A stretch of 40,629 nucleotides of DNA, taken from positions 1 through 40,629 of the IMG/VR virus record IMGVR_UViG_3300039008_000041; one strand, written 5' to 3'. Source of the stretch: a virus. This document shows, piece after piece, positions 15,925-26,111 of the stretch (the first letter of the stretch is position 1; each line of letters starts with the position of its first letter). Under the pieces are notes generated by a model, which was given only the letters and a program-made list of their open reading frames with translations, ran no database searches and was not told the origin of the DNA. The position numbers and the translations under genes were made by a program.

Positions 15925-17117
15925 TATATCACGCTCCCGTTGTTAAACTCATCGAATGAGAAGTCGAACTGCCTTTGTTGCTGTTCTGTTACGTTTCTTG
16001 CAACATCTCTACCATCTGCATTAGAATTGATGTTATATGTGTTATTAAATGTGGCATTTTGGTTATTTGTACCACCGCTTAACCCCAGAGAACCTACAAC
16101 GCCAGAGCCGAACTCCTTAACTGCATCTATTTTATCCCCGAAGAATTTTCTAACATCTCTAAATTTTCCAATAACCTTATCTATTTGTTTTCCTAATCCA
16201 TTAAATAAATTAGTTATGTCTTCAATCCATAATCCGATAACGCTCCCGTTACCTTGCAAGTAGTTTGATAAATCATCAAGTGCAAGTAAAACTCCGGCTA
16301 CTGCTGTTGTAAATGGTGCAAATACTGTAGCCAATGCAACACCTACTGCTATTGCTATTGTTTTTAAAATCTCGAATCTGTCAGATAATATTTTAAGACC
16401 TTTGCCTATCATTTCAAAAAGCCAGCTAATATCTTTAAAAGCCTCAACTAGTTTGTTTATAAACGGCAATAGTGCAACTACAGCTCTATCTTTAAACAAT
16501 CCCATCTCTATACGTATTCTTTGCACTCTCTGACCGAACTCCAGCAATGCCCTACGCTCTTGTGGGTCTAGGAATGTTAAGCCATCGCTAAGTTGTGAAA
16601 ACTCTTCGTTTGTCATTCTTAAAATGTTGATAAATCCAGCATCTAGACCTGTTTGTTGGATTAAGTTTGTGGCTGTTGCCTCGTCTAGCCCAACGATCGC
16701 ACTTCGCAAGTCTTCTATTACTTGGAATGCATCCTTACCTGCTACGCTAATGCCTAGTAGTTGGAAACCTGCAACGTTACCACCACCAAGAGCTATCTGC
16801 GTTAGGTTGGCTTGTAAGTTAGCAACGCTAGATGATACTTGCTCTGCTGTTAGTGCTAAGTTTGCTAGTTGACCTGCTGCTTGAAGTTGCTGCATCTTTT
16901 CAATCATTAAACCTGTTTGGTTATTCATGTTCTGTAAGGCGACAACCCCGTCAACAGTTCCTTTTGTGAATTGATCTAAGGCTACGGCTGTTGCTGTAAT
17001 TAATGCGCTTGCTTTACCAAGAGCCACACCAACATCATTAACGCCTTGTTTAAAGTCGCCTAGCTTATCTGTGTCTGCCTTTACTAGAATTTCTACAAAA
17101 AATTCAGCAATTTTCAT
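15924..17117 (-). CDS. Tail tape measure protein (short, 397 aa)
   Basis: Ala/Gly/Leu-rich helical protein with a central hydrophobic block, following the chaperone frameshift pair. Confidence 0.7.
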   Translation of the reverse strand: MKIAEFFVEILVKADTDKLGDFKQGVNDVGVALGKASALITATAVALDQFTKGTVDGVVALQNMNNQTGLMIEKMQQLQAAGQLANLALTAEQVSSSVANLQANLTQIALGGGNVAGFQLLGISVAGKDAFQVIEDLRSAIVGLDEATATNLIQQTGLDAGFINILRMTNEEFSQLSDGLTFLDPQERRALLEFGQRVQRIRIEMGLFKDRAVVALLPFINKLVEAFKDISWLFEMIGKGLKILSDRFEILKTIAIAVGVALATVFAPFTTAVAGVLLALDDLSNYLQGNGSVIGLWIEDITNLFNGLGKQIDKVIGKFRDVRKFFGDKIDAVKEFGSGVVGSLGLSGGTNNQNATFNNTYNINSNADGRDVARNVTEQQQRQFDFSFDEFNNGSVI

Positions 17118-17119
17118 TT

Positions 17120-17721
17120 TTACTCTTCCTTATTTAAAAATTGTATAGCCTCTGTGTAATCATTATCGAACTTCTCGTATTCTATAACTTTTAAAACCAC
17201 ATCTACCGGGGCTTGCATTACTCTTTCCGGGTCGCCGGTAAAATAGCCAAGTTTGGCAAGTTTAATAGCTATAAAATAGCTTTCGTCGTTTATTTCTGTT
17301 TTTGGCTTTCTGATGTTACCATCGCTGTGATGTTTGGTAACGCTGAAAGCACGTTCCTGAAAAAAGGTTCTAGGTTATCCTTTATGCAGAAAAACATAAT
17401 TTCGTAGTAATCAACCCTAACCTCTTCTTTTTCGAATAATCTCTCTGTTACTTTTTCGTCGTTATAAGTACAGCGCTCTAAGCATTTAAAAGTAGCTTTG
17501 TAAACGTCTTCTGAACTATCAACTGAAAGTATCGCATTTACTATTCCTGAGAAGATGCTTTGCGAGTTGCCTTTTTTTAAGCTTTCAATATCAAGATTGC
17601 CTAATTGTGATAAATCTTCGCTTTTAATTGTTTTTTGAATTGCATTTTTTAAATTCATTACATCCCTAAAAGGGGCGATGTTGACAGTTAAATCAGCACC
17701 GCTTTTTGTTTTATAATCCAT
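17120..17721 (-). CDS. Tail assembly chaperone, -1 frameshift fusion product (GT-like, about 200 aa)
   Basis: Minus-strand slippery heptamer T_TTT_TTC (plus 17359-17365) in zero-frame codons CCT TTT TTC. I read the -1 frame as open from there to TAA at 17120-17122 (...QERAFSVTKHHSDGN...YTEAIQFLNKEE), ending just before the tape-measure ATG. Confidence 0.6.
17290..17721 (-). CDS. Tail assembly chaperone (G-like, zero-frame product)
   Basis: Lies between the tube and the tape measure, and contains the slippery site described below. Confidence 0.65.
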   Translation of the reverse strand: MDYKTKSGADLTVNIAPFRDVMNLKNAIQKTIKSEDLSQLGNLDIESLKKGNSQSIFSGIVNAILSVDSSEDVYKATFKCLERCTYNDEKVTERLFEKEEVRVDYYEIMFFCIKDNLEPFFRNVLSALPNITAMVTSESQKQK

Positions 17722-17746
17722 AACTTCTGTTGCCTTTCTTTAAATA

Positions 17747-18202
17747 TTAACCAATTGAACGTCCTGCGCGTGTGAACATTAGCTGGTATGATGTTACCGC
17801 TTGCTCTGTGTCGCCCTCTACGTTTTCTTTTGAGTCCGGAATTCTTCTAATAACTCCGCCTTGCATTTGATACTTCTCTAGTTTTACATCGCCTAGACCG
17901 TTACCCAGTCTTTTTACAAATGAGCCGTTAGCAAGTGCAAAAGATGGAAAGTCGCGCTCTTGTGCATCTAGTTGCGATTGTAGAAATTCATCATCTGATG
18001 AGCCTTTTACTAATCTTAACACAACATCGGCATTGTTACCTTGTGCGTTTCTAGAATATAGAGCGTTTCCGTTTTTACCAGTCTTCATTGTTACTAGGTC
18101 ATTTGGGAATGTGATTGTTGATGTGTCGCCATCTGCAATATCTGCGAATACTCTATCAAATAATGTTAGTGTATCATCGCCTGTAATTGTGAATGTTGCC
18201 AT
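17747..18202 (-). CDS. Tail tube protein (DUF3277-like)
   Basis: 151 aa, directly downstream of the sheath. TITGDDTLTLFDRVFADIADGDTSTITF matches my memory of that family. Confidence 0.6.
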   Translation of the reverse strand: MATFTITGDDTLTLFDRVFADIADGDTSTITFPNDLVTMKTGKNGNALYSRNAQGNNADVVLRLVKGSSDDEFLQSQLDAQERDFPSFALANGSFVKRLGNGLGDVKLEKYQMQGGVIRRIPDSKENVEGDTEQAVTSYQLMFTRAGRSIG

Positions 18203-18219
18203 TGTATTATTCCCTTTCC

Positions 18220-19704
18220 TTAAGCCTCAACTGTTACGTTGATTGTTACTTCATGGATAGCACCTGCTAACTTAACTGCATGTTGCACAACCGGCGCGAT
18301 TCTTTGTTCTCGCTGTGATTGTTCTTGCTGTGCAATTGGTAGTGAGTATGTGTAATATCCTTTATTAGTGATATTGTTTTTAAATACTTCAGGGTCGCCG
18401 AATGTATCAGCTGAGTTCCATGCTAAACCTACACCTACGAATCCATTTGTTACAAATCTTTCTGCAATTTGGTCTACTGCATCTTTTAGACCATTCATGC
18501 CTGACTCTGTTTGTGGAATCTTAGTGTTTGTTTGTCTTAAGTAGTTAAAGCCTTTTGCCTCTAGTGCGAACTTATAAGCTAACTTAAAGTATACGTTATC
18601 GAAATAATCATTACCGCCTGTTGATACAACGCTTGGCACACCCTCGTATGAAACATAAACATCAGAGCCATTTTCTTTTGCCCTTGTTAAGTCTGTTTGT
18701 GTTAGGTTTGTATCTGGAACGATTCCTGATAATTCCTTAAGGTTCATAGTAATCGCTGTGTTAGAGCCTGTTGTATTCATGCTGAAACCACGACCGATGT
18801 AAGCTGATTTATAAAGATTTGCATCTGCTTGACCTGTTAGTGTGTAAGTTACTAGTCTTGTTTGGTCTTGGCTTGCATCTGAAGTTGCTTTAACAATTCC
18901 AGTATCCTCTAAATCTTGAGGCGCTGAGCAATGATGTACAAACATCTTATCTCTAGATTGGATTGCTGTTGCTGTTGTTGTAATAACTGCATCTTCGATA
19001 TCTTGGTTAGTTGTAACAACTCCAAAAAATACTTGGCTTTCCATTCTAACAATTGCATCTATTAATGTTTCTGCTCCTGCTGAATCTGTTCCTGCTGTTG
19101 TTGTGCCTGCTACTACGTTTAAATAAGAAGATCCTGCTAAATCTGTGCCTGTTCCACCCGGTAAAGCCTCAACTGATAAAACAGTTGTGCTACCTACTTT
19201 TTTGTTAGCAAATGCAATAATTCCACCTGATTCTGTAATCTGTGCGTTTTGAATCTTGCGTTGTAAGATTGTTGCAACATCTGCTAGCGTGCTTGCTGAT
19301 GCAAAGTTTAATCCTGTTAAATCATAGTTTGTGCCATTGATGCCGATTCTAATATCGCCGTCTGTTACTAACTTGAAGTTATCAAGGTTAGCTGAAATGT
19401 CTGCTGTGTCGAAGTTCTCACCTGTAGCTGATGTGCCTTCGAATGGCATAATAATAAGTTTACCATTGCCACTTCTTAGGTTCGGTGCTTGCGCAAACAT
19501 TGCATTAGCCATTTGTGTTACCGTTGCGCTTGTTCCCCAGTCTTGTGCTACTTGTTGTGCAGAGATGTACTCTCTGTACTCATCAACAAATGGCGCAGTT
19601 TCTGTTGTAAACAAACCAATAGTATTTAAGTTACGTTCTGTAAATCCTGATGGTAAGCCAGCAAGGTTTACATTGATAACATTTGAGATTGGTAGTTCTG
19701 CCAT
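18220..19704 (-). CDS. Contractile tail sheath protein (DUF3383-like)
   Basis: 494 aa, immediately upstream of the tube and downstream of the connector genes. Confidence 0.65.
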   Translation of the reverse strand: MAELPISNVINVNLAGLPSGFTERNLNTIGLFTTETAPFVDEYREYISAQQVAQDWGTSATVTQMANAMFAQAPNLRSGNGKLIIMPFEGTSATGENFDTADISANLDNFKLVTDGDIRIGINGTNYDLTGLNFASASTLADVATILQRKIQNAQITESGGIIAFANKKVGSTTVLSVEALPGGTGTDLAGSSYLNVVAGTTTAGTDSAGAETLIDAIVRMESQVFFGVVTTNQDIEDAVITTTATAIQSRDKMFVHHCSAPQDLEDTGIVKATSDASQDQTRLVTYTLTGQADANLYKSAYIGRGFSMNTTGSNTAITMNLKELSGIVPDTNLTQTDLTRAKENGSDVYVSYEGVPSVVSTGGNDYFDNVYFKLAYKFALEAKGFNYLRQTNTKIPQTESGMNGLKDAVDQIAERFVTNGFVGVGLAWNSADTFGDPEVFKNNITNKGYYTYSLPIAQQEQSQREQRIAPVVQHAVKLAGAIHEVTINVTVEA

Positions 19705-19716
19705 GTCTTTTTCCTT

Positions 19717-20301
19717 TTATTTTAGAATATCCGGCTCGACCGCTAAGTTTGGAATTTCGATTAAGCCATTATCTAGGTCTATTGTTTTCTCTGTATCCGC
19801 TCTGAATGGGAATGTTTCGAAGTATTCATCTGTTGATACTTCTACTATATTACGATACCATACTATGCACGGTATTACAATACTAAAACGATTTAATTGT
19901 TCAGCACCGTCTGTTTCAGAAGTGTTTACAAAGCTTGTACTTATTCTACCAAGTTTAAAGCTGTTTTCTTCTTGTACTTGTTTTGCGTATGTTGAAGTCA
20001 ACGCGCTTAATACTAACCACCTTTGCCTAAATGCTAGATCGTTTCTTGATAGAATTTCTACTTGTATGTTTTCTCGAACTTGTAGCTCTTGTATTTGCTG
20101 GGGTACTGCAGGCTCATCAGAAAAGTCTACCCTGCTATTATTTGACATCGGAACTGCATCTGAAAGACCTACGATTGCGAATAGCTCTTCCGAATCATTA
20201 GGAATAACTTTATTTTGTGAGCTAATCCATATGTTGTTATCGCTTAGCCCTAGTTCCTTTTGTATAATATCTCTGATTATGCTTTCTGTTGGTCTATCCA
20301 T
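19717..20301 (-). CDS. Neck / tail-terminator-like protein
   Basis: I prefer the start at 20301 (MDRPTESIIRD...) with RBS GAGGTGGA and an ATGGATAG overlap with the upstream stop. The track start at 20388 would overlap the upstream gene by 95 nt. Confidence 0.5.
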   Translation of the reverse strand: MDRPTESIIRDIIQKELGLSDNNIWISSQNKVIPNDSEELFAIVGLSDAVPMSNNSRVDFSDEPAVPQQIQELQVRENIQVEILSRNDLAFRQRWLVLSALTSTYAKQVQEENSFKLGRISTSFVNTSETDGAEQLNRFSIVIPCIVWYRNIVEVSTDEYFETFPFRADTEKTIDLDNGLIEIPNLAVEPDILK

Positions 20302-20665
20302 TGCTATCCACCTCATATACGTGATACTCAATATAATTATTAAGCTTATAATCTTTAATTCCCATAACCTTGTATTTTTTGCCGTCATACATGATTTGGT
20401 CGTTGTTTTGTAAATTGTTAAAGCTTGTTATTGCGTGAATTTGTAACCATTGATAAGCTCTTTGCCCCGCTGGCTTTTGCTCTATTTGTTCGGCACTCAA
20501 TGGCTGAACAGTACCATCAAAGCTGATAGTTTCTTCTGTGTTTTGTACAAATCCGTCAGTATCTACTGTTTGTGTGATTTTAATTAATGATATAGCGATT
20601 GTCCAGCCCTTAAAAGCTAGACTCATTTGTGGCATTCCGGATAAATTGTTTATTGTAATTGGCAT
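20294..20665 (-). CDS. Head-closure / head-tail joining protein
   Basis: 123 aa in the connector module. The pattern ...VQPLSAEQIEQKPAGQRAYQWLQIH... resembles head-tail joining proteins. Confidence 0.45.
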   Translation of the reverse strand: MPITINNLSGMPQMSLAFKGWTIAISLIKITQTVDTDGFVQNTEETISFDGTVQPLSAEQIEQKPAGQRAYQWLQIHAITSFNNLQNNDQIMYDGKKYKVMGIKDYKLNNYIEYHVYEVDSNG

Positions 20666-20666
20666 T

Positions 20667-21167
20667 TTATCTTTCCTTTACTTCGCTTGATACTGATTTC
20701 CTTAATTCGCCCGTGTCAATAAGAGGGCTATCAGAGCCTTTCTTTTTAATTGTATATGGAGAGTTTGCTTTCCATTGACCAAATCCTCGGCTCTCGAATG
20801 CCTCTTGAATTTTCCCCTCCGCTGATATACCCATCATTGTAAAGAAGTATTTAAAATCGCCATCTAATAGTCTTTTTTCTACTTTGTCTTTAATCTTTAG
20901 CAGTTCTTTTGCAATTGCTTTTGATTTAAATTCTATTGGGAATCTTAAAAACGACCTTGCTGGTACTTTTTGCGTTCCTGATGTTGCGCTAAGTTGTCCG
21001 AATTCATTTTTTAATGCAATCTCTGCCATTGTAAGCTTGCCGTCGGGATGCATTCCTGCACTTCCTAAAACTCCGACTTTTGTTGCGTATTTTTTCTCCA
21101 GGGATTTTTCTATACCGTCAAGTGATTTAGTATCAATTTTAAATTTGATTTTAGCTTGACTAGGCAT
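20667..21167 (-). CDS. HK97 gp10-like tail-completion / neck protein
   Basis: The C-terminal IDTGELRKSVSSEV is a typical gp10-family ending. Lies in the connector module. Confidence 0.5.
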   Translation of the reverse strand: MPSQAKIKFKIDTKSLDGIEKSLEKKYATKVGVLGSAGMHPDGKLTMAEIALKNEFGQLSATSGTQKVPARSFLRFPIEFKSKAIAKELLKIKDKVEKRLLDGDFKYFFTMMGISAEGKIQEAFESRGFGQWKANSPYTIKKKGSDSPLIDTGELRKSVSSEVKER

Positions 21168-21729
21168 GTGTTGCTCCTTGTACTGTCATAATCATTCCTC
21201 TACTTCTTCCGTATATAAGCATTGTATACTTTTGACCGTATCCGTTGCTTGATAAAATAGAGAGTTGAGGGTCATTTTTGTAAGCATCTGGTATGTCGTA
21301 GCTCTCTGATACGCTACCTACTGACCTACTTGCCACATTAAATGAACTTGAGCTATTTAAACCTTGCGTTGCTCTCTTAATATCCTCTACTAAGAAAAAC
21401 GCCGTCAAGTATAAATAAGCTAGTTGAATTTCTGCATCATCGTAAAATAATGTCTGATTAAATAGCATCTGCGCCTCTGCAAATGCTCTTTCTATGTCTG
21501 AATCTAAAACATAGTTGTTTATATCGTCTTGTGCTACATCCCAGTCGTTAGTGTCTGTTGGTAATGATGTAACGCCGTTGTTTTTGCAATCATAAAATAA
21601 AGCTGTTGGCTCATAATAAACCCTCTGCCCCTGATTGTATGTTGTTGTAATAGACCAAACAGGAAGATATGGGAAGTCCCTAGGGAACTGTTCCTTGAAA
21701 TCTTGAACTGTAATTGTGTTTAAATCCAT
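21160..21729 (-). CDS. Head-tail adaptor (DUF4054-like)
   Basis: The N-terminus ITVQDFKEQFPRDFPYLP resembles DUF4054. Lies downstream of the capsid gene. Confidence 0.45.
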   Translation of the reverse strand: MDLNTITVQDFKEQFPRDFPYLPVWSITTTYNQGQRVYYEPTALFYDCKNNGVTSLPTDTNDWDVAQDDINNYVLDSDIERAFAEAQMLFNQTLFYDDAEIQLAYLYLTAFFLVEDIKRATQGLNSSSSFNVASRSVGSVSESYDIPDAYKNDPQLSILSSNGYGQKYTMLIYGRSRGMIMTVQGATHA

Positions 21730-21764
21730 TTTTCTATCTTCCTATTTAGTAATTTATTTATATT

Positions 21765-21977
21765 TTATTCTGCTTTTGTATCTTCTACTTTTTCAGCTTT
21801 TGCTTTTTTAGTCTTTGCAACCTTTTTAACTTCTACGATTTGAAGTTCTCTAGGATACATTTCAACTAATTTTTTAGCCTCATCTTGTAGATCTACTTCT
21901 ACTTCTAAAAGCTCGCCACCTTTGATTTCGAAGTCTTCAAAAACAAATCTACGTTTACCGATATTTTTAACTTGCAT
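21765..21977 (-). CDS. Small Lys/Glu-rich protein
   Basis: 70-aa ORF between the capsid and adaptor genes. Confidence 0.5.
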   Translation of the reverse strand: MQVKNIGKRRFVFEDFEIKGGELLEVEVDLQDEAKKLVEMYPRELQIVEVKKVAKTKKAKAEKVEDTKAE

Positions 21978-22003
21978 GTGTTAACCCTTTCGATTGCTAG
22001 TTA

Positions 22004-23026
22004 TTAAACTGAATGGTCGAAGTAAATAACTTCAGCCGGACGATATGCTTTAAGACCTGTAAATTCGCCGTAAGCTACAGAGTTGTATTGGAAACCGTTG
22101 ATAGTATCTGTTGTAGTAGTTGTGTAGTCTACTGGGATATCCATTCTTAGTGTTTCTTCGTCGTATCTGTAAAGTGTGTAACGGTTTACGCCTAATGCGT
22201 TTCTAGCCTTGTTAGCGTATGCTAATGGTAGAATCTTAAAGTTGGCGTTCATTGTTACAGCCTTGAATGCCTCTTCCATTCTCTCTAGACGTGATTTAAG
22301 CGGGAATGACTCGTCAGTTGAGTTAGCTAAGCCTAAATAGTCATCTGTTGGGATAACGAACATGTTAGGTAGAGCTGTGTTGTTTGAGTTATTAAAGTAA
22401 GCAGGCATAATTCCACCAATAAATGCTTGGAATTCTGTCGCGTTCATGTCTTTAATGAACTTAGTAATAACTGCTGTGTTAACTGTTACGTCTGTTTGAG
22501 TTAGTAAACCGTTAACGTCAGCGTTGCCCTCAATACCTAGGAATGCAATTTTTTGGATACCTAGTTGCCAGTTTCTGAAACGTGCTGATTCTTTAGCTTC
22601 GATTAGCGACCAGTTGCCAGCTCTTGATGCTTTGTTAAGTTCGATTAGGTTGTAAACTACTTTTTTACCCCAGTCTTTAACTTTAACTTTTACACCGTCG
22701 ATTTCAGTTTCCATTGTTTCCATCTTACCAGTACCAGAACCTGAATCAATTAGACCAGTCTCGAAGTCTGTACCAACATCGAATTGTCTGTATGTTAATA
22801 TTTCATCTGACCATGCGTTCTCGCCTACTGCTACCGGAACGAATGAAGAAGGAGTTAATCCTTCGCCTAAAGTATAGAATTTTTGCTCAGTTACTTTAGT
22901 TTTGATGCCTGTTAATGTAGTGATGTCGATGTTTACGCCATTTTGTTTGTAAAATGATGAGTTTTTCAACTCCTGCATTAGTCTTTGGTCTGCTTTTTTA
23001 ACAGCCGCATTCTTTTTAATTTTCAT
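22004..23026 (-). CDS. Major capsid protein (DUF2184-type)
   Basis: 340 aa. Position after the scaffold and decoration genes in the module DUF1073 portal / MuF / DUF2213 / DUF2190 / capsid. Confidence 0.7.
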   Translation of the reverse strand: MKIKKNAAVKKADQRLMQELKNSSFYKQNGVNIDITTLTGIKTKVTEQKFYTLGEGLTPSSFVPVAVGENAWSDEILTYRQFDVGTDFETGLIDSGSGTGKMETMETEIDGVKVKVKDWGKKVVYNLIELNKASRAGNWSLIEAKESARFRNWQLGIQKIAFLGIEGNADVNGLLTQTDVTVNTAVITKFIKDMNATEFQAFIGGIMPAYFNNSNNTALPNMFVIPTDDYLGLANSTDESFPLKSRLERMEEAFKAVTMNANFKILPLAYANKARNALGVNRYTLYRYDEETLRMDIPVDYTTTTTDTINGFQYNSVAYGEFTGLKAYRPAEVIYFDHSV

Positions 23027-23046
23027 AATTACTGCCCTTTCCTAAA

Positions 23047-23496
23047 TTAAGCTAGTGATGGTATTTTAATTAACACACGGATTAAGTCGCCATCAGCTGA
23101 TGCAGGCTCTTGTGCAATACCAACTGATGTGCCAGTTGATTTAGTTACGATTTTACCTGTTGTTGGATTGTACTCAACTGTTGCGCCACGTGCAATAGAA
23201 GCACTCGCTACCATGTCCATTTCTACATTGTCGCAAGCTACTTTAGCCTCGTCGCCACCTGTTCTAGTGTCTTTGATGATATCGTAAACTCTAAAGCCGT
23301 AGATAGCATCTGTTGAATTTTCTGCTGGCTTTACAATTGTTTGCTTACCCGCTGTTGTTGATAATACCATAGCATCGCCTGATAGAACGTTTGCAGTTAC
23401 TGAATCATCAATTTTTACGTTGTAAATGTTTTCTGCGTTTTGTGTTGCTACTCTACCACGTACTGATGTTTGGTTAAATTGGTTTGGATTTGCCAT
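23047..23496 (-). CDS. Capsid decoration / cement-like protein (DUF2190-like)
   Basis: The two-block pattern VLSGDAMVLS... and GIAQEPASADGDLIRVLI is typical of DUF2190. Confidence 0.5.
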   Translation of the reverse strand: MANPNQFNQTSVRGRVATQNAENIYNVKIDDSVTANVLSGDAMVLSTTAGKQTIVKPAENSTDAIYGFRVYDIIKDTRTGGDEAKVACDNVEMDMVASASIARGATVEYNPTTGKIVTKSTGTSVGIAQEPASADGDLIRVLIKIPSLA

Positions 23497-23512
23497 TTTG
23501 TTTTACCTCTTA

Positions 23513-24085
23513 TTAGTATCTTGATTGACCACGAGCCACTTTGTCAGATAGTGTTTCGTAGCTTGAATTTTCAAGGCTAAACCCTTTGCCGTTAGCAATT
23601 GAGTTTTTCATGCTGTTGAAATAATCTTTTTTCTCTTCGTCTTCCGAGTTCTCCTTTTCGTCTTCCTCTTCGTCCTCAGCATTTTCCTTGTCTTCTTCGT
23701 CTTCGTCTTCCGAGTTCTCTTTGCTCTCTTCTTCCTCGTCTTCAGAATTTTCTTTATCGCCGTCTTCGTATTCGTCGCCTATTTCGTTTTCTTTGTCTTC
23801 CTCTTCTTCTAAGTTCTCTTTTTCGCCCTCATCTTCAGAGTTATCCTTGCACATTGCACTTTCGTATTTCTCTACAAGGTTCTTTACAGACATGCTTTCG
23901 CCTGCAACTTCCACGAAGTCTTCCATGTTTGCTTTTTGGTTTTTCTCTTCCTCTTCTTCCATGGCGTTAGTTACAACTTCAACCATAGACTTCAAAGGTA
24001 CAGTTTTACCGTTAGCAAGTTCTACAACTGTAGTTTCATCAACTACTTTAGTAGGTTCTTTTTTCATATTGAAAAGTTTAAACAT
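23513..24085 (-). CDS. Acidic scaffolding-like protein with low-complexity KENSEDEEE repeats
   Basis: Extreme Glu/Asp content in the middle third. Lies between the DUF2213 and decoration genes. Confidence 0.5.
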   Translation of the reverse strand: MFKLFNMKKEPTKVVDETTVVELANGKTVPLKSMVEVVTNAMEEEEEKNQKANMEDFVEVAGESMSVKNLVEKYESAMCKDNSEDEGEKENLEEEEDKENEIGDEYEDGDKENSEDEEEESKENSEDEDEEDKENAEDEEEDEKENSEDEEKKDYFNSMKNSIANGKGFSLENSSYETLSDKVARGQSRY

Positions 24086-24107
24086 CTTACTTCCCTTTCG
24101 TTCTTGT

Positions 24108-25112
24108 TTACTTTACATTTTCCAAGCTATCGCGAAGTTGCGAGTTATATTGCTTGTATTCTTCCTGGGTCATGATAACCGCATCCTCATAGCGAGGGTC
24201 TGGCACAATCGCCAAGTGGTTAAATTCCCCATTTAGAATTTCTCTGTTGTATGGTACGTTGATGTATGTTCCATCTTCGTTTCTTACATCTACTTCCTCA
24301 AAACCATACGCGTTTGAAACTAACCAGCCTTTTTGGATTGCCTCGTGTGCTTTATCTGATACTGCTACAAATTCACACCACCACCAGCCGTCATTTTCGT
24401 TATAAAAACATTTTGAAACGTAGCCGTCTGCTTGCTGTTGTAAGTTTTCCATGTCTACGTCTTGATGGATAACAAAAACAGGAACACCACGCATTGATTC
24501 ACACATCTTTCTGATTGTATCGTTTCTTACAAGGATTACATCGTCGCCATCTTCCCCTTCGTATCTTGCAACGCCCTCACGCATATGTCTAGCCATAAAT
24601 ACTTCTGGCATTTGCTTTGCGTTTACTTTTACTGTGAATTCTTTTGAGTTTTCTTTTTTATCGTCTTCTTGAGATTCTTTCTTGTCTTCTGATTTATTAG
24701 AAATAATAACCATTGCATTTAGTTTCTTTGCAATATCTGTCATTGTTGTTTTAGATAAGTTTAACCCGTTCATTTGGTTTTCCTTTTTTCTATCGATTTC
24801 TTTAGATTTCTTTTTAGCCCATTCAATTCCTGATGTACCTCCCCAACCAAGCCACGCAACGTATCCACGGTCTTTCCATGGCTTATCCGTGAATTTAGGG
24901 TCTACTTTTGCATTCTTCTCATGCCTTGCAAAGCTTGCCATTCTTTTAACAACATCTTCGCTTAAAGCCTTGCCACTAGCTAGCTGTCTTGCTCTAGCCC
25001 AACCTGTAGCAGTCATGCCTTTTACTTCATCGCCTTTTTCGTCTTTCCATTTTAAGACTTGCTGTGCGTTACCCTTAGCTGATTTAGGAGGTGTTAGATT
25101 TATTTCTGACAT
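24108..25112 (-). CDS. DUF2213-type prohead protease/scaffold protein with an N-terminal Mu-F-associated domain
   Basis: GVARYEGEDGDDVILVRNDTIRKMCESMRGVPVFVIHQD...LVSNAYGF...FNHLAIVPDPRYE fits the DUF2213 pattern. Confidence 0.5.
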   Translation of the reverse strand: MSEINLTPPKSAKGNAQQVLKWKDEKGDEVKGMTATGWARARQLASGKALSEDVVKRMASFARHEKNAKVDPKFTDKPWKDRGYVAWLGWGGTSGIEWAKKKSKEIDRKKENQMNGLNLSKTTMTDIAKKLNAMVIISNKSEDKKESQEDDKKENSKEFTVKVNAKQMPEVFMARHMREGVARYEGEDGDDVILVRNDTIRKMCESMRGVPVFVIHQDVDMENLQQQADGYVSKCFYNENDGWWWCEFVAVSDKAHEAIQKGWLVSNAYGFEEVDVRNEDGTYINVPYNREILNGEFNHLAIVPDPRYEDAVIMTQEEYKQYNSQLRDSLENVK

Positions 25113-25123
25113 TTGTTTTTCCT

Positions 25124-26083
25124 TTATTCAATTACAGGTATTGCAACGCATCGGCAGTTAAAATCTTCGCCAGGATGATTCCTGTTGCCGTTATCGTCTG
25201 TTACAGGTGGCTCGTTCCAGCTAAAGATTTGCCCGTTTAAATGAGCATGTCTATCTCTAGTTCTAGAATCTTTTGTTGCAGACCAACGGTATTTAGCAAT
25301 GCCAACTTGCTCGTATCTTTGCTGTTTGTACTTAGATAAAAGCAGGCTAGTTTCTTGCCTAGCTAAAAATTTAGCTTTTTTCTGGGTTGTTTGGTACTGC
25401 TGAGTGATTATACTTTCTAAAGTACTAGCCCTATACCCATTAAAAGTATTATCCCATACTTTTTTACGCATGTCAACAATTTGTTCATCTATGAATGTTC
25501 TAACGTATAAGTCCGTGTTTTCTGTGTAATCTCTTGTTAAATAGCTTATAGCCTCTTTGTTTAAGTCCGGGGCTACTGTAACGCTTTTGATTGTGTCTTG
25601 AAATTCTTTGTCCATAATCTTTACGGCATCGTCGTAAGTTTCTGCTAACTCGGCTTGTAGCTGTGCCTCTTCTATTCTTTGATTAATAACGTCAGCATCT
25701 AGCTTTTCCATGATTTCATCGTGCATCATTTTGAACTGATGCTTTGCGCTTACTATTGAAATTTGTACTTGTGATGGTAAGTTGTTATATAGAATGTACC
25801 AAGCTTTGCGACTTCTGCTGTACTTTGCGCCAGACTCTTTTAACTGCTTGCTGATTTGTGCGTTAAACTTTCCCTCAAATCTATCTTTGATATATTGAAC
25901 TTGTCCTGATTGAATTGCGTTCTCTAAAGCGGTGTATTTTGCGTTCTTTTTAATTCTTCGGTTATACTTTGCCATGATTTCTTCTATTGGTTTAAGCATA
26001 GCTTTTACCATCTCATCGTATAGCTTTTGCTCGATGTTTTTATAGAACTTTTCTTCGTGTCTGATTGGCTTTAGTTGTTTCAT
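25124..26083 (-). CDS. Head morphogenesis protein, SPP1 gp7 / Mu F family
   Basis: The C-terminal WSATKDSRTRDRHAHLNGQIFSW...PGEDFNCRCVAIPV is the family signature. Confidence 0.8.
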   Translation of the reverse strand: MKQLKPIRHEEKFYKNIEQKLYDEMVKAMLKPIEEIMAKYNRRIKKNAKYTALENAIQSGQVQYIKDRFEGKFNAQISKQLKESGAKYSRSRKAWYILYNNLPSQVQISIVSAKHQFKMMHDEIMEKLDADVINQRIEEAQLQAELAETYDDAVKIMDKEFQDTIKSVTVAPDLNKEAISYLTRDYTENTDLYVRTFIDEQIVDMRKKVWDNTFNGYRASTLESIITQQYQTTQKKAKFLARQETSLLLSKYKQQRYEQVGIAKYRWSATKDSRTRDRHAHLNGQIFSWNEPPVTDDNGNRNHPGEDFNCRCVAIPVIE

Positions 26084-26111
26084 GCTGTTTCCTAAATCAT
26101 TATATTCTTTT

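Noticed and set aside
19331-20413. A 360-aa plus-strand ORF, unusually long for AT-rich DNA
   Set aside because: It lies antisense to the sheath and two neck genes, which have convincing RBSs, coupling and family features. Its product is Ser/Leu/Ile-rich and low-complexity, with no RBS. This is the typical shadow ORF of strongly biased coding sequence.
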